From Paramecium tetraurelia (lineage: Eukaryota): a DNA stretch of 64,000 nt. The stretch is taken from contig CT868674.1 of the NCBI GenBank assembly GCA_000165425.1, positions 248,001-312,000 of the forward strand. Reading direction: 5' to 3'. The stretch's first letter is position 1, and each line of letters starts with the position of its first letter. The notes under the pieces are model-generated. The model was given only the letters and a program-made list of their open reading frames with translations, had not been told where the DNA came from and did no database searches. Both the position numbers and the translations under genes were made by a program. This document shows, piece after piece, positions 14,050-27,516 of the stretch.

Positions 14050-16003
14050 TCAGATTTCTTAGAATAAAATATTAAAAGTAGATTTATTCCAGACTTTTTC
14101 TTTTGGATCAAAATACTCACCTGGACCAGGCAAATTATCATCTTTTTTATCATAATTAAATCTATTTTCCTAATTAATAATAGCTAGATCTATTACTTTA
14201 ATATTAAAAGGAGGATGAGGATTCTTCTTTTTCTAAAACAAAGATGAACTATTGTGCATTCTAATTTACTCATCTTCTTGTTCATCTTAAACTTCATCAA
14301 TGGGTTTCTTTTCTTTATGCATGAATCGAGGTATCGATGATCCAAAGGCTGGTTTATTAATTGCCAAATCAGGATCTTCTTCCTTTTCAACTTTTGTCAT
14401 TTATTCTATTGTGTAATTTTTGACATCATATGCACCTGGTGCAGGAAAATGATCCTTAGAAACAGGTGCTGCATCTCCTCTTTTCGTTTTTGAAGTAAAC
14501 ACAGATGCAATTGTTTTAACTTCCTTTTTGTGTTAATCATATGCTCCTGGGCCTGGTACTTCATCTTCCTGTGGTTTAAATCTCTATTAATTTGATCCAA
14601 AATTTCCGATCGGAGCTCTTTCTAATTTCTTTATCAATCTATCCTCTAACTAACTAGATAGTGATAAGAATTACAGTAATTTTTGGGTTATATGCTTATG
14701 GTCCTGGACGTTTCTCTTAACCCTTAGCTTCAAAACGTAAATTCGTGGATTGAAAAGGAGTTTGCTTTGAAGATATCGCCTCTTTGATGAAATCTTTCTC
14801 CAATTCATAATCTCCAGGACCAACATAACAAGGCATTTTTTTCTCTTGAAATCTTCTACTTTTTGATCCAAAACAGTTTTTTCCAATCTTGGTAGTAGAT
14901 TGAGTATTGGTTGAAATGGCTGATTGATTTGAGATATTTCCTAAATATTATCCAGGTCCTGGTGTGGTATCCTTTGAATATTTAATAAAATGGTGTACAT
15001 CACAAAAAACATATTCATCATCCTCTATATAATTGGCTCCGTTCTTTTAGACCATATTCTTTTACTTATCAAAGAAGATTTTCATAAACTATTTTTATTT
15101 CTCTTCTTTAGTAGAATCAAACATTCTTTGAGATTTCGATTGGAAATTTCCAGATGGATTTAACTTATGCAATGGTACTACAGATGTATTTGGATCATAG
15201 GTTCCAGGACCAACCATTAGTTCCTTTTCCTTTGAGATAGTGGGTGCTAATCTTGGGGCCTTAGATTTGTGCCAAAAACTTCCTTTGTATTTATTTTATT
15301 GAAAGGCATCCTTCACATCATATTGGCCTGGACCAACTGAATCTTATTAAAGACCTGTAAATTATGGGAATGGAAATTTGTTTACCTCCAAATCATGAGC
15401 TAATCTCTTTAAAATAATAATTATTACTTCCTTTCTCTAGGTATCCATATACTTAATTTGATGAAGGTATAGATGGTATCGATTGATATTTATTCAATTT
15501 CATTATGGTTTCAATGTAATGTTGAGATGTATATTGTTGTTGAATAACTTTAGTCCCACTATTGTTTGTATCATATGTTCCTGGACTGAAATCCCTTTAA
15601 AAATAAGCAAATACCCAGGCGAAAGCATTGTTTTAGGGTGATGGAATCGTTTAGATTAGGATGCGAAAACTGATTGAGGCTGAGGTTTCTCAACAACCTT
15701 TACATCAGATTAAGAGGATTGCAGCACTATATTTTGTCTAAGATGAAAATTGATGAAGGAAATGTACCCTTGCACATCATTAAAGATATTATAACTCCCA
15801 GGACCAGGAGAGTTATCTTATCTTAATTATTGAGTTCTTGTAACTTGTGTATCGAATGGAGCATTCCCCTACTTTATCCTGAACTATTCATGAGAAAGGT
15901 AACTACCAGGACCAACCTATTTCAGTTAAATCTGTTTTACATTTGAAGGTGCTCCAGAAGGTTTATTCAGCATATTTCTTTCTGCTTAATATACAAAAGC
16001 CAT
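14050..16003 (-). CDS. Sperm-tail PG-rich (SHIPPO/STPG2-like) repeat protein, probably ciliary
   Basis: MAFVY...VGPGSY with more than 10 PGPGxY / PAPGAY repeats; ends WNKSTFNILFQEI-TGA; several tiny introns. Confidence 0.85.
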
Positions 16004-16050
16004 TTATATTAAAATAACAATTCGAATATTTTATTATTATATTTCATAAG

Positions 16051-16690
16051 ATGAAAAATGGTCAACAGATCTTGAGAGATGACATTAAAAAATTAGAATT
16101 GATACATAAAAGAATGAATGAACAGTCCATATGGAAAAACTTTAAAATTGAATCTCTTTTATAGGAAATAAACAATAGAATTTAAATTATCCTTTAAATA
16201 TTGGAAAGTGATTATAAAAGAGAACAATAATCCCAGATTTTCAGAATTTAAAGCTTGAGTGACATTAATACTTAAATGTTAGAAAATTTGGATTCAGATT
16301 TGTTGTACTCTTTCTAACTTGAAGATATGTGCAAAGAACAGTAAGTTAACTAATTACAGGGATTTAATAACAAATAAATTGATGACTAAGAATATATAAC
16401 TAGACCATAAACTGAAAGGATTTAGAAGAAAACTCTATAAACTTAAAGTCTCCCGAATCAAGACAAAAAAATAATATCCTTCCAAAATTTCGCAGATCAT
16501 CAACAAAGGAAAGTTGATAACACTTAATAGATTAATGAAAAAGGCTATAATTAAAAAGAGATTTAGAAGAATTAAGAAATAGAATAAAAATCTTAAACTC
16601 AAAAATAGAATAAGTAATTTCAATAACCTGATTAATAAAAAGGGATTAATATTGCTTAAATTAATAATTCAAAAATATAATAATAATAGC

Positions 16691-16742
<52 letters not shown>

Positions 16743-17403
16743 TAAACATAATAATTTACCCAATACATTTAAAATGAAAGAAAATATGAATAAATTTAAA
16801 ATGACCATTGTTCCTTAAGCTCAAGCAATTGGTAACATCGACAAATGCCCCATCTGCCAAGATTAATTTTTTTCTGGTATTGGTGCATAAGATGAATATG
16901 TGATATCACTGAGTTGTTCTCACCAATTCCATTATAATTGTTTAGAACCTATCTTAAATCATGATCATATTAAGTGCCCTATTTGTAATAAAATATTTGG
17001 TAAAATGATAGGAGATTAACCTGATGGAGAAATGACTGTATTAAAAATCAAGAAAATATGTCCAGGATATAATTCTGATTCAATATAAATTACATACAAC
17101 CTTTGGTCAGGAAGGAGAAATGGTAAAGATTATTAAGGAGCTACGAGAATTGCTTATTTACCGGATAATTAGAAGGGATAATAGGTCTTAAGTTTACTCA
17201 GAAAAGCCTTTGATTAAAAGTTAACATTTACAATAGGGACTTCACTAACAACAGGTTAGGATAATTGTATCATTTGGAATGGAATTCATCACAAAACTAG
17301 TTTAGATGGTGGCATATAAAGGTATGGATATCCAGATCCTTAGTATTTGGATAGAGTCCTTGATGAGTTGAAGTAGAAAGGCATTGTTCCTAATTAAAGT
17401 TGA
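16051..17403 (+). CDS. Deltex-like E3 ubiquitin ligase (RING-H2 + Deltex C-terminal domain), 450 aa
   Basis: RING-H2 CPIC..CSHQFHYNC..CPIC, then GDQPDG, RIAYLPDN..G..VL.LL.KAF...LTFTIGTS.TTG....IWNGIHHKT...GYPDP.YLDRV..EL..KGI. Confidence 0.9.
16678..16740 (+). repeat. (TAA)n microsatellite encoding 21 consecutive Gln
   Basis: TAA TAA TAA TAG CAA (TAA)16, in frame inside the Deltex-like CDS. Confidence 0.9.
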
Positions 17404-18034
17404 TTTAATAATTATTTTTTTTTTTAAATTTATAATTTAAAGAAGCCGATGTCTCGTAGAAAAATATCTCACCATTATAACCTCAATAGAGAAATTAATT
17501 CAGGGATTTTGATTTTGTGAACTAAAGATTATTCCCATGTTTTTTCAAAAAGTCTAAAAACCATAAGAAGATACAGTCATTAATCTGAAACAATATTTGT
17601 GCTTTTTAATAAAAGTGGGGCAGTTGAACTATTATTTAATATATTCCATATAAATCTAAATTACATCATATTAATTTAATCAAAATTAAATAGCTTATAC
17701 TAATTAAAAATACTAAAATAATATTTATAATGGCAATAAATAAGCTAAATTTAATCTGTCAACTAAAAAGGTAATTCTTGTTTGTGAAAATATTATATTA
17801 TATTAATTTTTAATTAAATGAGACTTTTTTTGAAAACTAAAATAATTTTAATATCAAATTATATTGATTTAATTTAAGTTCATAAACAAAATTGAAAAAG
17901 AGTTAAATAGTATATTATTAGACACTAATGATTAACCTTCAAAATATATTAATATTTAGAGCCAAAAATTCATGTTAAAGCTAATAAGAAAAATACTTTG
18001 AGTCCTTAAATAAAGTATATTAAATAATAGTTTT

Positions 18035-18453
18035 ATGGATTTAAAAAAAGTGGACATTTCATCTATCTACAATTTCTTAATTAATCTTTGGATTAAAGGG
18101 CAATTTGAGATTTCATCAAATTAATTAAGCAAAAATCAAACATTAAAATGATAAATTACTTCAAGACGAGGTATTTAGAAAATTTAAGAATTGAAATTAG
18201 AAATGATATGGGTCACTATTGATACATATTCAAATTGATTCAGGTTAATCAAATAATCTATCGCAAATTCAATACAAAATTAGTTGATCTGCAAAATCAT
18301 TACTTTGATGGGAAATTCTAATTTGAATGAAAATTAATGCAAGGTGATAGCCAGGAAGTACAGGTTTCTTTTAGTAGGGGAGAAATTGATGAATTGGACA
18401 ACTTGTTAAATGAAGAATATACCAAATGGGATATACGTTAATAAATATAATGA
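18035..18453 (+). pseudogene. Probable decayed gene remnant
   Basis: Coding-like frame (DFIKLIKQKSNIKMINYFKTRYLENLRIEIRNDMGHY*YIFKL...FE*KLMQGDSQEVQVSFSRGEIDELDNLLNEEYTKWDIR) with two internal TGAs and a frame break after MDLKKVDISS... Confidence 0.4.
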
Positions 18454-18466
18454 TAATTAAAATTAA

Positions 18467-19850
18467 ATGGAGTACTTAACTAATGAAAAACTCCTCAAAT
18501 AATAACAATCAGCTCTATTTTCTATCAACAACTCTCGTTCCAATAGTGTATCTCGATTCCCAATTCCTAGTTCAAGAGCCACTCACGATCCTGTTCAACC
18601 TCTCCGATCAGCTGATTTATTCAATAGATTAGAAGACATACTAAAATAAAAGTAGATGAGTACAACTACAAGAAAGAGATAGAAACAAATTTCATGCATT
18701 TTAAATTCATAAGCAACTCACGAAGCAAAAAAACATTATATTGAAAATAGTTGTTACAAATCTCCCAATAGAATACAGGAGGTACCATCCACTTCTGGGT
18801 TTCTGAATGTTGTATGTTTCATTTTAACCCTTATTTTAGTATAATATCGAGCCTAGAAGTAGAAAGTAAACATAGCCAGCCTACATCGGTTCTCCTTTGT
18901 TAAACTAATAAAATTAGAGTGCTAAAAAGAAAAATGTGATTCAGACTCAATTTCAAGAGAGCTACCTTCAAAATCGAAAAAAAAAGGAGAGCTTGAAAAA
19001 ATTTCAGGATGAGTTTAACAATATGCAGGAGAAAATCAAAATAAGAAATCATGTATGTAATTATTTTAATTATTCAAAAAGTCTATTTTAAATGAACAAC
19101 CAGAAAATGGTGGACGAGTTGATAAGCAAGAATTGAAAGAGAATAAGATGGAAATCAATATTAGTGCCATTTTAAATAAAGAAAATAATAATAACACAAT
19201 TAATAAATTGAATCAATAATTGCAATTGTAAAATAACCATCTGTAAGAGCAATTACTGTTTGAAAAAAATCAAAATTCTAAGCTAAATTTACTGATCAAT
19301 AATCTAAATGATTAAATCGCCATTCTTAATAAGTATGCACAATTTTTAACGATATTTTAGACAATTAAATCAGTAAAGCCAATAATCGAATGAAGATTAA
19401 GCGAATAGGGATACTTAAATTGCATAATTAAAATAGTAGATTTAACAATTGGATTCGAATTTACAGTAAAAGGACAATGAAATCAATAAACAAAAATAGC
19501 AAATACTAGAGTTCAATAATGTGTATAAGGAGATGCAAGAATTAGAGAATCTCTGTTAGTAGATGTCATATTTAAGTATGCAAACTTCTTAATAAAATTT
19601 ATTAATTCTTGAAATTAAAGAGTTGCTTCAAATTCAGTTTAATATTATTGAGAAAGTAACAAATCATAAAGATTTTCCGATAGAGCAGCTGTTAATTTAG
19701 AATAAAAAGAAAAGACCTTAGATACCAAAATAAGTTGATTATTAAGAATTAAGTCAGGAAACAACTAGAATTATGGAAAATTTAGTTAAATAAATAAAGT
19801 CTTCTGTTGATTAGTTAACCGAAAGATTTATACACGACTTGCTTATTTGA
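18467..19850 (+). CDS. Hypothetical coiled-coil protein
   Basis: MEYLTNEKLLKQQ...; three GTATG..AG introns; Q/E/K-rich heptads; ends FIHDLLI-TGA. Confidence 0.7.
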
Positions 19851-19881
19851 GATAATAATATATATAATAAATAAATTAAAG

Positions 19882-21121
19882 ATGGGAAATGTATTTTGCT
19901 ATGAACGAGTATTTATATATAAATGAAAAGGACGATGACAATATTGAGTGGAAATAGCAACTCGAAAGTACTTGCTAAGTAATGAAGAAGCAAATGTGTT
20001 GGGCTGAGCCTATACTAATTTAGCTTAAAGATCTAAGGGTATCTAACAAGTATTAGAAATAACTACATACCTTTGCTTAGAGTTACGATGAGTCATCACT
20101 AGCAGAGATTTAAAAATCTTTTAGATCTAGATAATCTTCAAAGGAAAGCAGAAACATATAAACAATTATCAAAAGAACAGGATTTACAGAAGAAGATCTA
20201 GTTGAGAATTTTATCAAACCAAGCAGGGCTTCATTTAATTTAAGTATTCAATCAATAACACCCTCTTACATTTACCATGAGAAAACATCTAATGTGGGGA
20301 TGGGAGGATCTTAGGTGAATTTTGAGGATTAGATGTGCTTTTTTGTGCAAATTACAGATAAAATAAAAGAACACTTTGATCAACCGAATGAGTTAGGCGT
20401 AATGATAATCCATTTCAGAAATTCTTTAAATTAATAACATCAAAATCGTTCATTTCAATACTTGCACGAGCAATTGACATTATTTTGTCGAACTCTTTAT
20501 GATACTATCGTCATCTATTACGACATGATAAGTATAAAGAAGAAGTATCAAGCTCATGCAGTTTTATTGAATGAAGAGACTATGCTAAACTTCATTGTCA
20601 ATTATGTAATGTCAAATGAAGGTATATATCAAGTCTTATATAATTCATTGCTAAAGGAAATGAGTGAAATTTAAAAATAGACTGAACAATGTTTTAAACA
20701 AAATAAAAACATCACTGTTGAGGACATGGAAATTCCAAAAGACTTTCAATTGAAATCTTATGTAAATCCATATGGGAAGGCTATATAAACCTTGTAGAAA
20801 TTGGGTAAAAAATATGGACCATCCTCGAAAGTGAAGTTGATAATCAACTTTTCACAACAAATTCAACAACATGCTAGAGAGGGTAATGAGAATAGAGGAA
20901 CTAGTTTGCTTATGTAGGCTGATGATCTTTTACCTATTATCAAATACATTTTGATAAAGTCTTAAATATATGATATTGATGTTCATCTTACTTACATAGA
21001 GAAATTGATTACCAACGGAATGCTCAATTCAACGAGTGGTTACTATGTGGTGACATTGCAAGCAGCCTTAACTTCCTTGAGAAGTAATTTAAATTAATAA
21101 TAATTTAATTAATAAAAATGA
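19882..21121 (+). CDS. VPS9-domain Rab5-family GEF with MGNVFC N-terminus (possible myristoylation/palmitoylation)
   Basis: PYGKAI..L..L....GPSSK, ADDLLPIIKYILIK and SGYYVVTLQAAL motifs; one 22-nt intron. Confidence 0.85.
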
Positions 21122-21387
21122 ATATTGTATAATAATATCGAGCAATTATTTATGATCTTCTCAATGTAATATAAGAATAGCAAAACCCTATTTTAGATAA
21201 TGACATTAAAAAGATTAAGGAACGATTCCATTAGTTAGAATTATAAAATCGTCCAAGAAAAATGACAGAGAGCAAACAACTCACAAGGTTATACTCCATA
21301 CCATAAAAGCCAAAAATAATGTAAAACAACTAAATCAGAGCTTAATCAACTGCATATCATCAACGATTTATATCATTGAATACTTGA
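21118..21387 (+). CDS. Small hypothetical protein, 89 aa
   Basis: MNIVQQYRAIIYDLLNVIQEQQNPILDNDIKKIKERFHQLELQNRPRK...; AAAATG start; fills the gap between VPS9 and copine. Confidence 0.55.
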
Positions 21388-21399
21388 TTTATAATTATT

Positions 21400-22935
21400 A
21401 TGTAATAAACTTATAATCCAGATGAAAGAATGCATATTGAGTTATTTTTGGCCGCAAGACAATTGCCCAATCTTGAATTCTTTTCGAAGAGTGATCCATA
21501 TCTAGAACTCTATTATTCATTGGCTGGGCAACAAGAACAATTTCTGGGCAGAACAGAAACTGCTGAATGTAATTTAGATCCAAATTGGGAAAAGACATTT
21601 GAAATCGAATATTGGCCAGACTTGATATAGATGTTGAAATTCTAAATCTTTGATCAAGACAGAATGGGCAGAGAATTTATGGGAGAAGCATAGGTAACCA
21701 TAAAGGAGATTTTGTAATACAAAAATTCATTAATTTAACTCTAAATCAAGAGATATGACAAACCAGCAGGGTCTTTAATTTGCAAGGCAGTACTCTTTAA
21801 GGAATCCAACCATTCTGTATAATGGTAATTTTCTGGAATTAATCTTAAAAACATGGATGGCATATTTGGTAAGACAGATCCATTCTTGAAGTTTTATTTG
21901 TTTTCAGAAGGAGTTTGGTGTCAAATTCATTAAACAGAATATATTAAAGATGATCTCAATCCTAAATGGAAGGAATTTGAAGTCTCCCTTTAAAGATTAT
22001 GTTTCAATGATGAAAATAAAAAATTCAAAATCGAATGCTTAGATAGACATGAGAAAGGCAAGAATAACTAGATAGTAGGTTCATTTGAAACTAGTATTGA
22101 TGAGATTTTTAATAAAAATGTGGATTCATTCTAGTTAATCTAACCGAAAGGAGGATCTGCTGGAACAATTAAAATACTAAATAAAAAGCGAATATACAGA
22201 GCCAACTTTGATGATTACATCAAATAAGGCACTAAATTTAATGTTATTATTGGAATTGATTACTCTTCCAACAATGGTGTTCCTTCTTTTCCAGATTCCT
22301 TGCATACCTACATTGAGAAGAATAATATTTATTTAAAGGCAGTAAATGACGTTGCTAAAGTGTTGGAAATCTACGACATTAAGAAATTGATTGCATTGTA
22401 TGGAATGGGAGCTGAGCCTCACTTTTCTAATTATAATTGTAATAGTTATCAAACACTCTTCCCTTTGACTGGAGATTTCTAAAATCCTTAAGTAACTGGA
22501 TATTAAGAAGCTGTCAACAATTATCAGAGTAAACTTCGAGACATTGTTGTTAAAGGAGATCTCCAACTTGAAGATTTCATTAAGTATGTGTAAACTGTAG
22601 CTGAACATAATGCAGGGAAGCTAATTTACACAATAGCTGTGATTATAGGATAGGAATAAATTACAGATTTATAAGTGGTGTAGAATCTAATCTTAAGTGG
22701 TACAGAATATTTATATATACTAGGTTAAAAATTACCATATTCTTTGATGTATGTTGGAGTTGGAGAAGATGATTTTAAAGACATTAAATAAATTAATGAT
22801 CTTATAAACTAATAAAATCCACCAATTAGAAATAACTTCACTTTTTATTAGTATTAAAAAGAACTTCCATCCAGTTTACTCAAAAAGCAGTTATTGAATG
22901 ATTTGCCAAAACAAGTTGTTTCATATCATTAATGA
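21400..22935 (+). CDS. Copine (C2-C2-vWA)
   Basis: FSKSDPY...LGRTE...NLDPNWEKTF; second C2 with GKTDPF...QTEYIKDDLNPKW; vWA IIGIDYSSNNG.P..PDSLH; one intron near 22700. Confidence 0.92.
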
Positions 22936-22985
22936 TTAAATTGTAAGTATAATATTGTATCAAATATATAAAACAAATTACAGTT

Positions 22986-24375
22986 TCATTCTTTTAATCC
23001 AACTTTTTTCGATTTTTTAGCTTTTATTCTTGCTAACTTCTCATCTAAGTAAAATAAATAAGGTATATAACAAACACAGCATATCAAGACTGCAAAACCC
23101 AATAAAGATGCTGACCTTTGAAATCCATACCATTTTGTTAGATAACCACCCAGAATTGGACCAAAGAGTTCTCCCCCTGCTAGACTAGAATTAAAACTAC
23201 TATAGATTTTAGGAACATACATAGCAGATGCAATATTTGCACATTGTGTAGGATACTTGGAATAATCCTTGATAAGAATTTGGTTGAGTTAAGGCAAAGT
23301 AAGAACATATGGGAAACCAGCAGTGAATCCTACGATTGACCATGCTAACATTGTATACAATAATCTTGGATTCAAGTTGGTGAAACTATAATCAGGACCC
23401 ATATAAAATTGTAATAATCCACTGATTACTAAGCCAAAGTACATGAAATATTTTTTATGAGATTTTATCTTAGAAATGAAAATAGTGGAAACTCCAAATG
23501 TAGCTGCATTTATAGATATCCAATAACCTGAATATTCCTCTTAAATATCATATTACTCCAATAAATATATTGCTATTGTTGGGTTATAGAATGTCCATAA
23601 GGACAGTGTTAATGTGTTAGTAATAAAGGATATTACAACTGGATAATTGCAAAGTAGCGTTAAATATGATATGCTAAAATCAGCATCAATTATTGATTCT
23701 TGATTTTAAATTGATTAATGTAGAATGATAGATTAACTAAGATCGACTTCAGGGACATCCAAGCTCTTTGAAAAGACTATCAGAAGCACTGCTAACCCAA
23801 ATGAGCAGGCAGCAAAGAAAAAGAATGGCAAGATGAACCCTCCCAACTAATATAGAGCTGATCCCAATATGGGACCTGCTAAAAATCCAATGGATGTTGA
23901 GACTTCTGCTATTGCTATTTTCTCTTCAATTTATTTAGGAAATAACTAAGGAATAAATGCATAAAACGGTGTCATAAACATGGATGCACCCTATTGATAT
24001 TTTAATCATATAGATACTATTCCACCAATTAATCTGGCCAAAAAACTGCCTAACAGCACTACCCAATAAGATTCAAAATAGTATAAAAAACCAAACATCA
24101 GTAAACCCAATCCTTATTAAGAAATTCCAATGACCATTATTTTTTATCTATTTTCCTATCATAAACATATTTCTTACATGTGTGATAACTTTCCCTAAAA
24201 TCAACGAAGAAATAAATTGTCCCAAAGGATGTGCTGCAAATATGATACCTATGATATCCTCAGAAATGTCTCTAGATTTAGCAAATTAAGGGTAAAACGG
24301 AGCAATTATTGACATAGCAAGATTACAGACTACATTGCATGAAACCAATATAATGAATATTTGTGATTATTTCAT
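22986..24375 (-). CDS. MFS transporter, SLC18B1/VMAT-like
   Basis: SIIAPFYPQFAKSRDISEDIIGIIFA, ARLIGGI, GFLAGPILGSALYQLGGF, GELFGPILGGYL; multiple hydrophobic helices; two introns. Confidence 0.88.
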
Positions 24376-25013
24376 TCAATCAATTTTAAATAATACAATT
24401 TAATCAAATAAATATAAAGAGTTGTTTTTTCAATATATATATTAATAGTCTGCATTAAAATCCATATTATTTCAATGCAACAAAGCACAGATATTTATAA
24501 AAGTGCATTCTCATAATCCAGAGTTGGTTAGATTGGATGTAATTGAGATTTAAATATTGGGGATGCTTCCCAAGAATAATTTAATTTATCAAATAAGGAT
24601 AATATATATATACTTCTGATATTTATACTCAAGAACATATAAAAAGTGTTGTTCACTTATATTACCATAAAATACATGTGGTTAATTTAGATAGACCATT
24701 GATTGTTATCAAAATTGAGATTAGGTTTTATGTTGTTTAGTGAATGCTCTGATTATTTATCAATTGAATCAATAATAATTTATTAATTAAATCTAAATTA
24801 AATTGTACATTTCTCAAGAAAAAAACAGAATTTGAGTTAATCCACAAATTATAATGCAAGTTAGAAAATGGATAGTTTTGTAAAGCAAATATAAATATTT
24901 CTAAATGATTATATTTTTAATAAATTCTAAATTATAATCTTGTAATGGAATCCTCCTATTTTTGGGTTTATATTGATATTTGAATTGATTCTATATAATA
25001 ATTTAATTTTTAT

Positions 25014-26416
25014 ATGAATTAAAACTAAGTTCTCAGTCGTCTCTCTTGCAAGGATATCAATGATTATAGTTTTATAAAGATGTTGGGCACAGGATCATAT
25101 AGTGAAGTCTTTTAGGGCAAAAACAAAACAAACGGAGAAGAAACTGCCATCAAAGTGATTGATAAGGTATTTTTAGCAAAGGTGATATAAATATATGATA
25201 TTTGTAGCAAAATAAAAGTCATCTCATCTATTTGGAATCTAATGCTCTTACGTCAATAAATCATCCTGGTGTTATAAAATGTTACGCTACGTACGAGTCT
25301 AATACAAAGTTATATCTCTCCCTTGAATTGATGAATTGGGGCACATTCAGGGATTTCATCAAAGGTATTGTATAACTCATTATTATAAGAAAGACAACTT
25401 ACAACGAGGGAAATTCAATTTTATGCTGCCTAATTGGTTGTCATTTTAGAGCAAGTTCACAAACGAGGAGTAGTTCATAGAGATGTCAAAGTATGACTAT
25501 TAATGAACTTTAGCCCGAGAACCTGATGATGACACAGGACAAATTCATAAAGCTAATTGATTTCGGGACCATCCTTTTATTTAAAGGAAACGAGGTTATA
25601 AAGGAAGAATCCGATATAAAATTTTGCAGAAAATCCAGTTTTTGTGGAACAGGAGAATACTTGTCTCCAGAATTACTTGATCAAAATTGTTGTGGTCCTC
25701 AATCAGATCTCTGGGCACTAGGTGTGATTATTTATGAATTGTTCACTGGAAAAACACCCTTTCAAAGTGACGTTGAATACATTATGTTCCAAAACATCTC
25801 AGACAAAGAACCAAACTATGATTTAATCAAGGATCAGACTGCTGTGGATTTTATATAGATGCTCTTAACCAAAGATGCAAGCACAAGATTAACAGAAGCT
25901 ATTGAAAATGATTGTGATTATTCAATCCTAAAGTAACATCCCTTCTTATCCAATGTGAACTTTGAAACTTTGTGGGTAGAACAAAAAGAAACACAGGAAC
26001 AACCTAAATTCGAAAGGAAAAATGTATTATTCTTTATTTACAGTAGATTCTGAGAGGTAAAACAACCTTAGTTAATGATGGAGTATCTTTGATTCTAAGT
26101 GGTATTGTTGATAAACATTCAGGAGTTCTAATGTTTGGATAATACACGCCTAGAACTATGCAACTAATTTAAAAACATTTTTCTTAAGAACTTTTTTATT
26201 ATAATCCATATAAAAAGAAAAATGTAAAGCTTGATATTTATATTCTAGCATCAAATAGAATTGATCAAAGCTAAATGTAAATTAGGGAATGATGGTGAAT
26301 TTGTAATTACCAGTAACAATAAAAAATATTTCTTTAAATAAAGAGAACATCCAGCAACTTAGTGGGTGGCCTTAATCAATAATGCAATCTCTTATAACAA
26401 ATAATTTTAATAATGA
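25014..26416 (+). CDS. PDK1: PDK1-like AGC kinase with C-terminal PH domain
   Basis: LGTGSYS, AIKVIDK, HRDVKPEN, IDFGT, RKSSFCGTGEYLSPELL, SDLWALG; PH-like ILSGIVDKHSG...YYNP...WVALIN; five introns. Confidence 0.82.
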
Positions 26417-26824
26417 ATATAATAAAGTTAATTAATAACAAAATTCATCAATATTTTACTTATCCAATCTCAAGGTTTGTCAACTCTAATCAATTTTTAA
26501 ATAACTTCCTTACTACACTATTAATTGCATTTTCTTAATTGTTTTTATTTCAGACTCTTGTCATTATTAATTAAATCTAGAATTATTTATAATTCTTCTA
26601 TTTTCATTAACTAATTACTATTAGGAATTAACTGATAACTTATGTTCTTTATAGTTCTTAAATACACTATACAATTAGGTTGTTTGATAGAAGAAAAATG
26701 AGTATTTATTATTTTCAATGAAAAAAATAGTGCAAATAATTTATACTCTATTATATTGTTCTTTTTTGATTATATATAAGGGAGATTAATATCTTTTTTT
26801 TATTAATTATTTTTTATTTTAATA

Positions 26825-27430
26825 ATGGCAAGAAGAGGTCAATAACCACCACAATAATAACAATAAGCTCAACCCGCTCAAAAAAATTAGGCAGGAAAAT
26901 TCAATCCTGCTGAATTTGTGAAACCAGGACTCACTGAAGAAGAAGTTTTGGAAATCAAAGAGGCTTTTGACTTATTTGATACAGATGGGTATGTATTATT
27001 TTGAAAATCTTAGTACTTAATCAATTGACCCAAAGGAATTAAAGGCTGCTATGACATCATTGGGATTTGAAGCCAAGAATCAAACAATTTATTAAATGAT
27101 TAGCGATTTGGATACAGATGGAAGTGGTCAAATAGATTTTGCTGAATTTTTGAAATTAATGACAGCAAGAATTAGTGAAAGAGATTCTAAAGCTGACATT
27201 CAGGTATCTAAATTAATAATAATTTTCATTAGAAAGTCTTCAATCTTTTTGATTCAGAAAGAGCTGGTTTTATCACTTTGAAGGATCTCAGAAAAGTAGC
27301 AAAAGAATTGGGAGAAACTATGGATGACTCCGAATTATAAGAAATGATTGACAGAGCTGATTCTGATGGGGATACTTAAGTGACATTCGAAGATTTCTAT
27401 AATATAATGACCAAAAAGACATTTGCATGA
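26825..27430 (+). CDS. ICL1: Centrin/caltractin of the infraciliary lattice, ICL1 family
   Basis: MARRGQQPP...[31 protein letters not shown]...[11 protein letters not shown] matches Paramecium ICL1 centrins as I recall them; two introns. Confidence 0.95.
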
Positions 27431-27516
27431 TTCAAATCAAAAATACATAATAATATACATAAATTCAATTTATTTATGATAACCTGATAAAACATTATAT
27501 GAAAATAATGTTAATC

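Noticed and set aside
16678..16740. (TAA)n as an intergenic microsatellite or run of stops
   Set aside because: It is an in-frame poly-Gln in a continuous 450-aa ORF.
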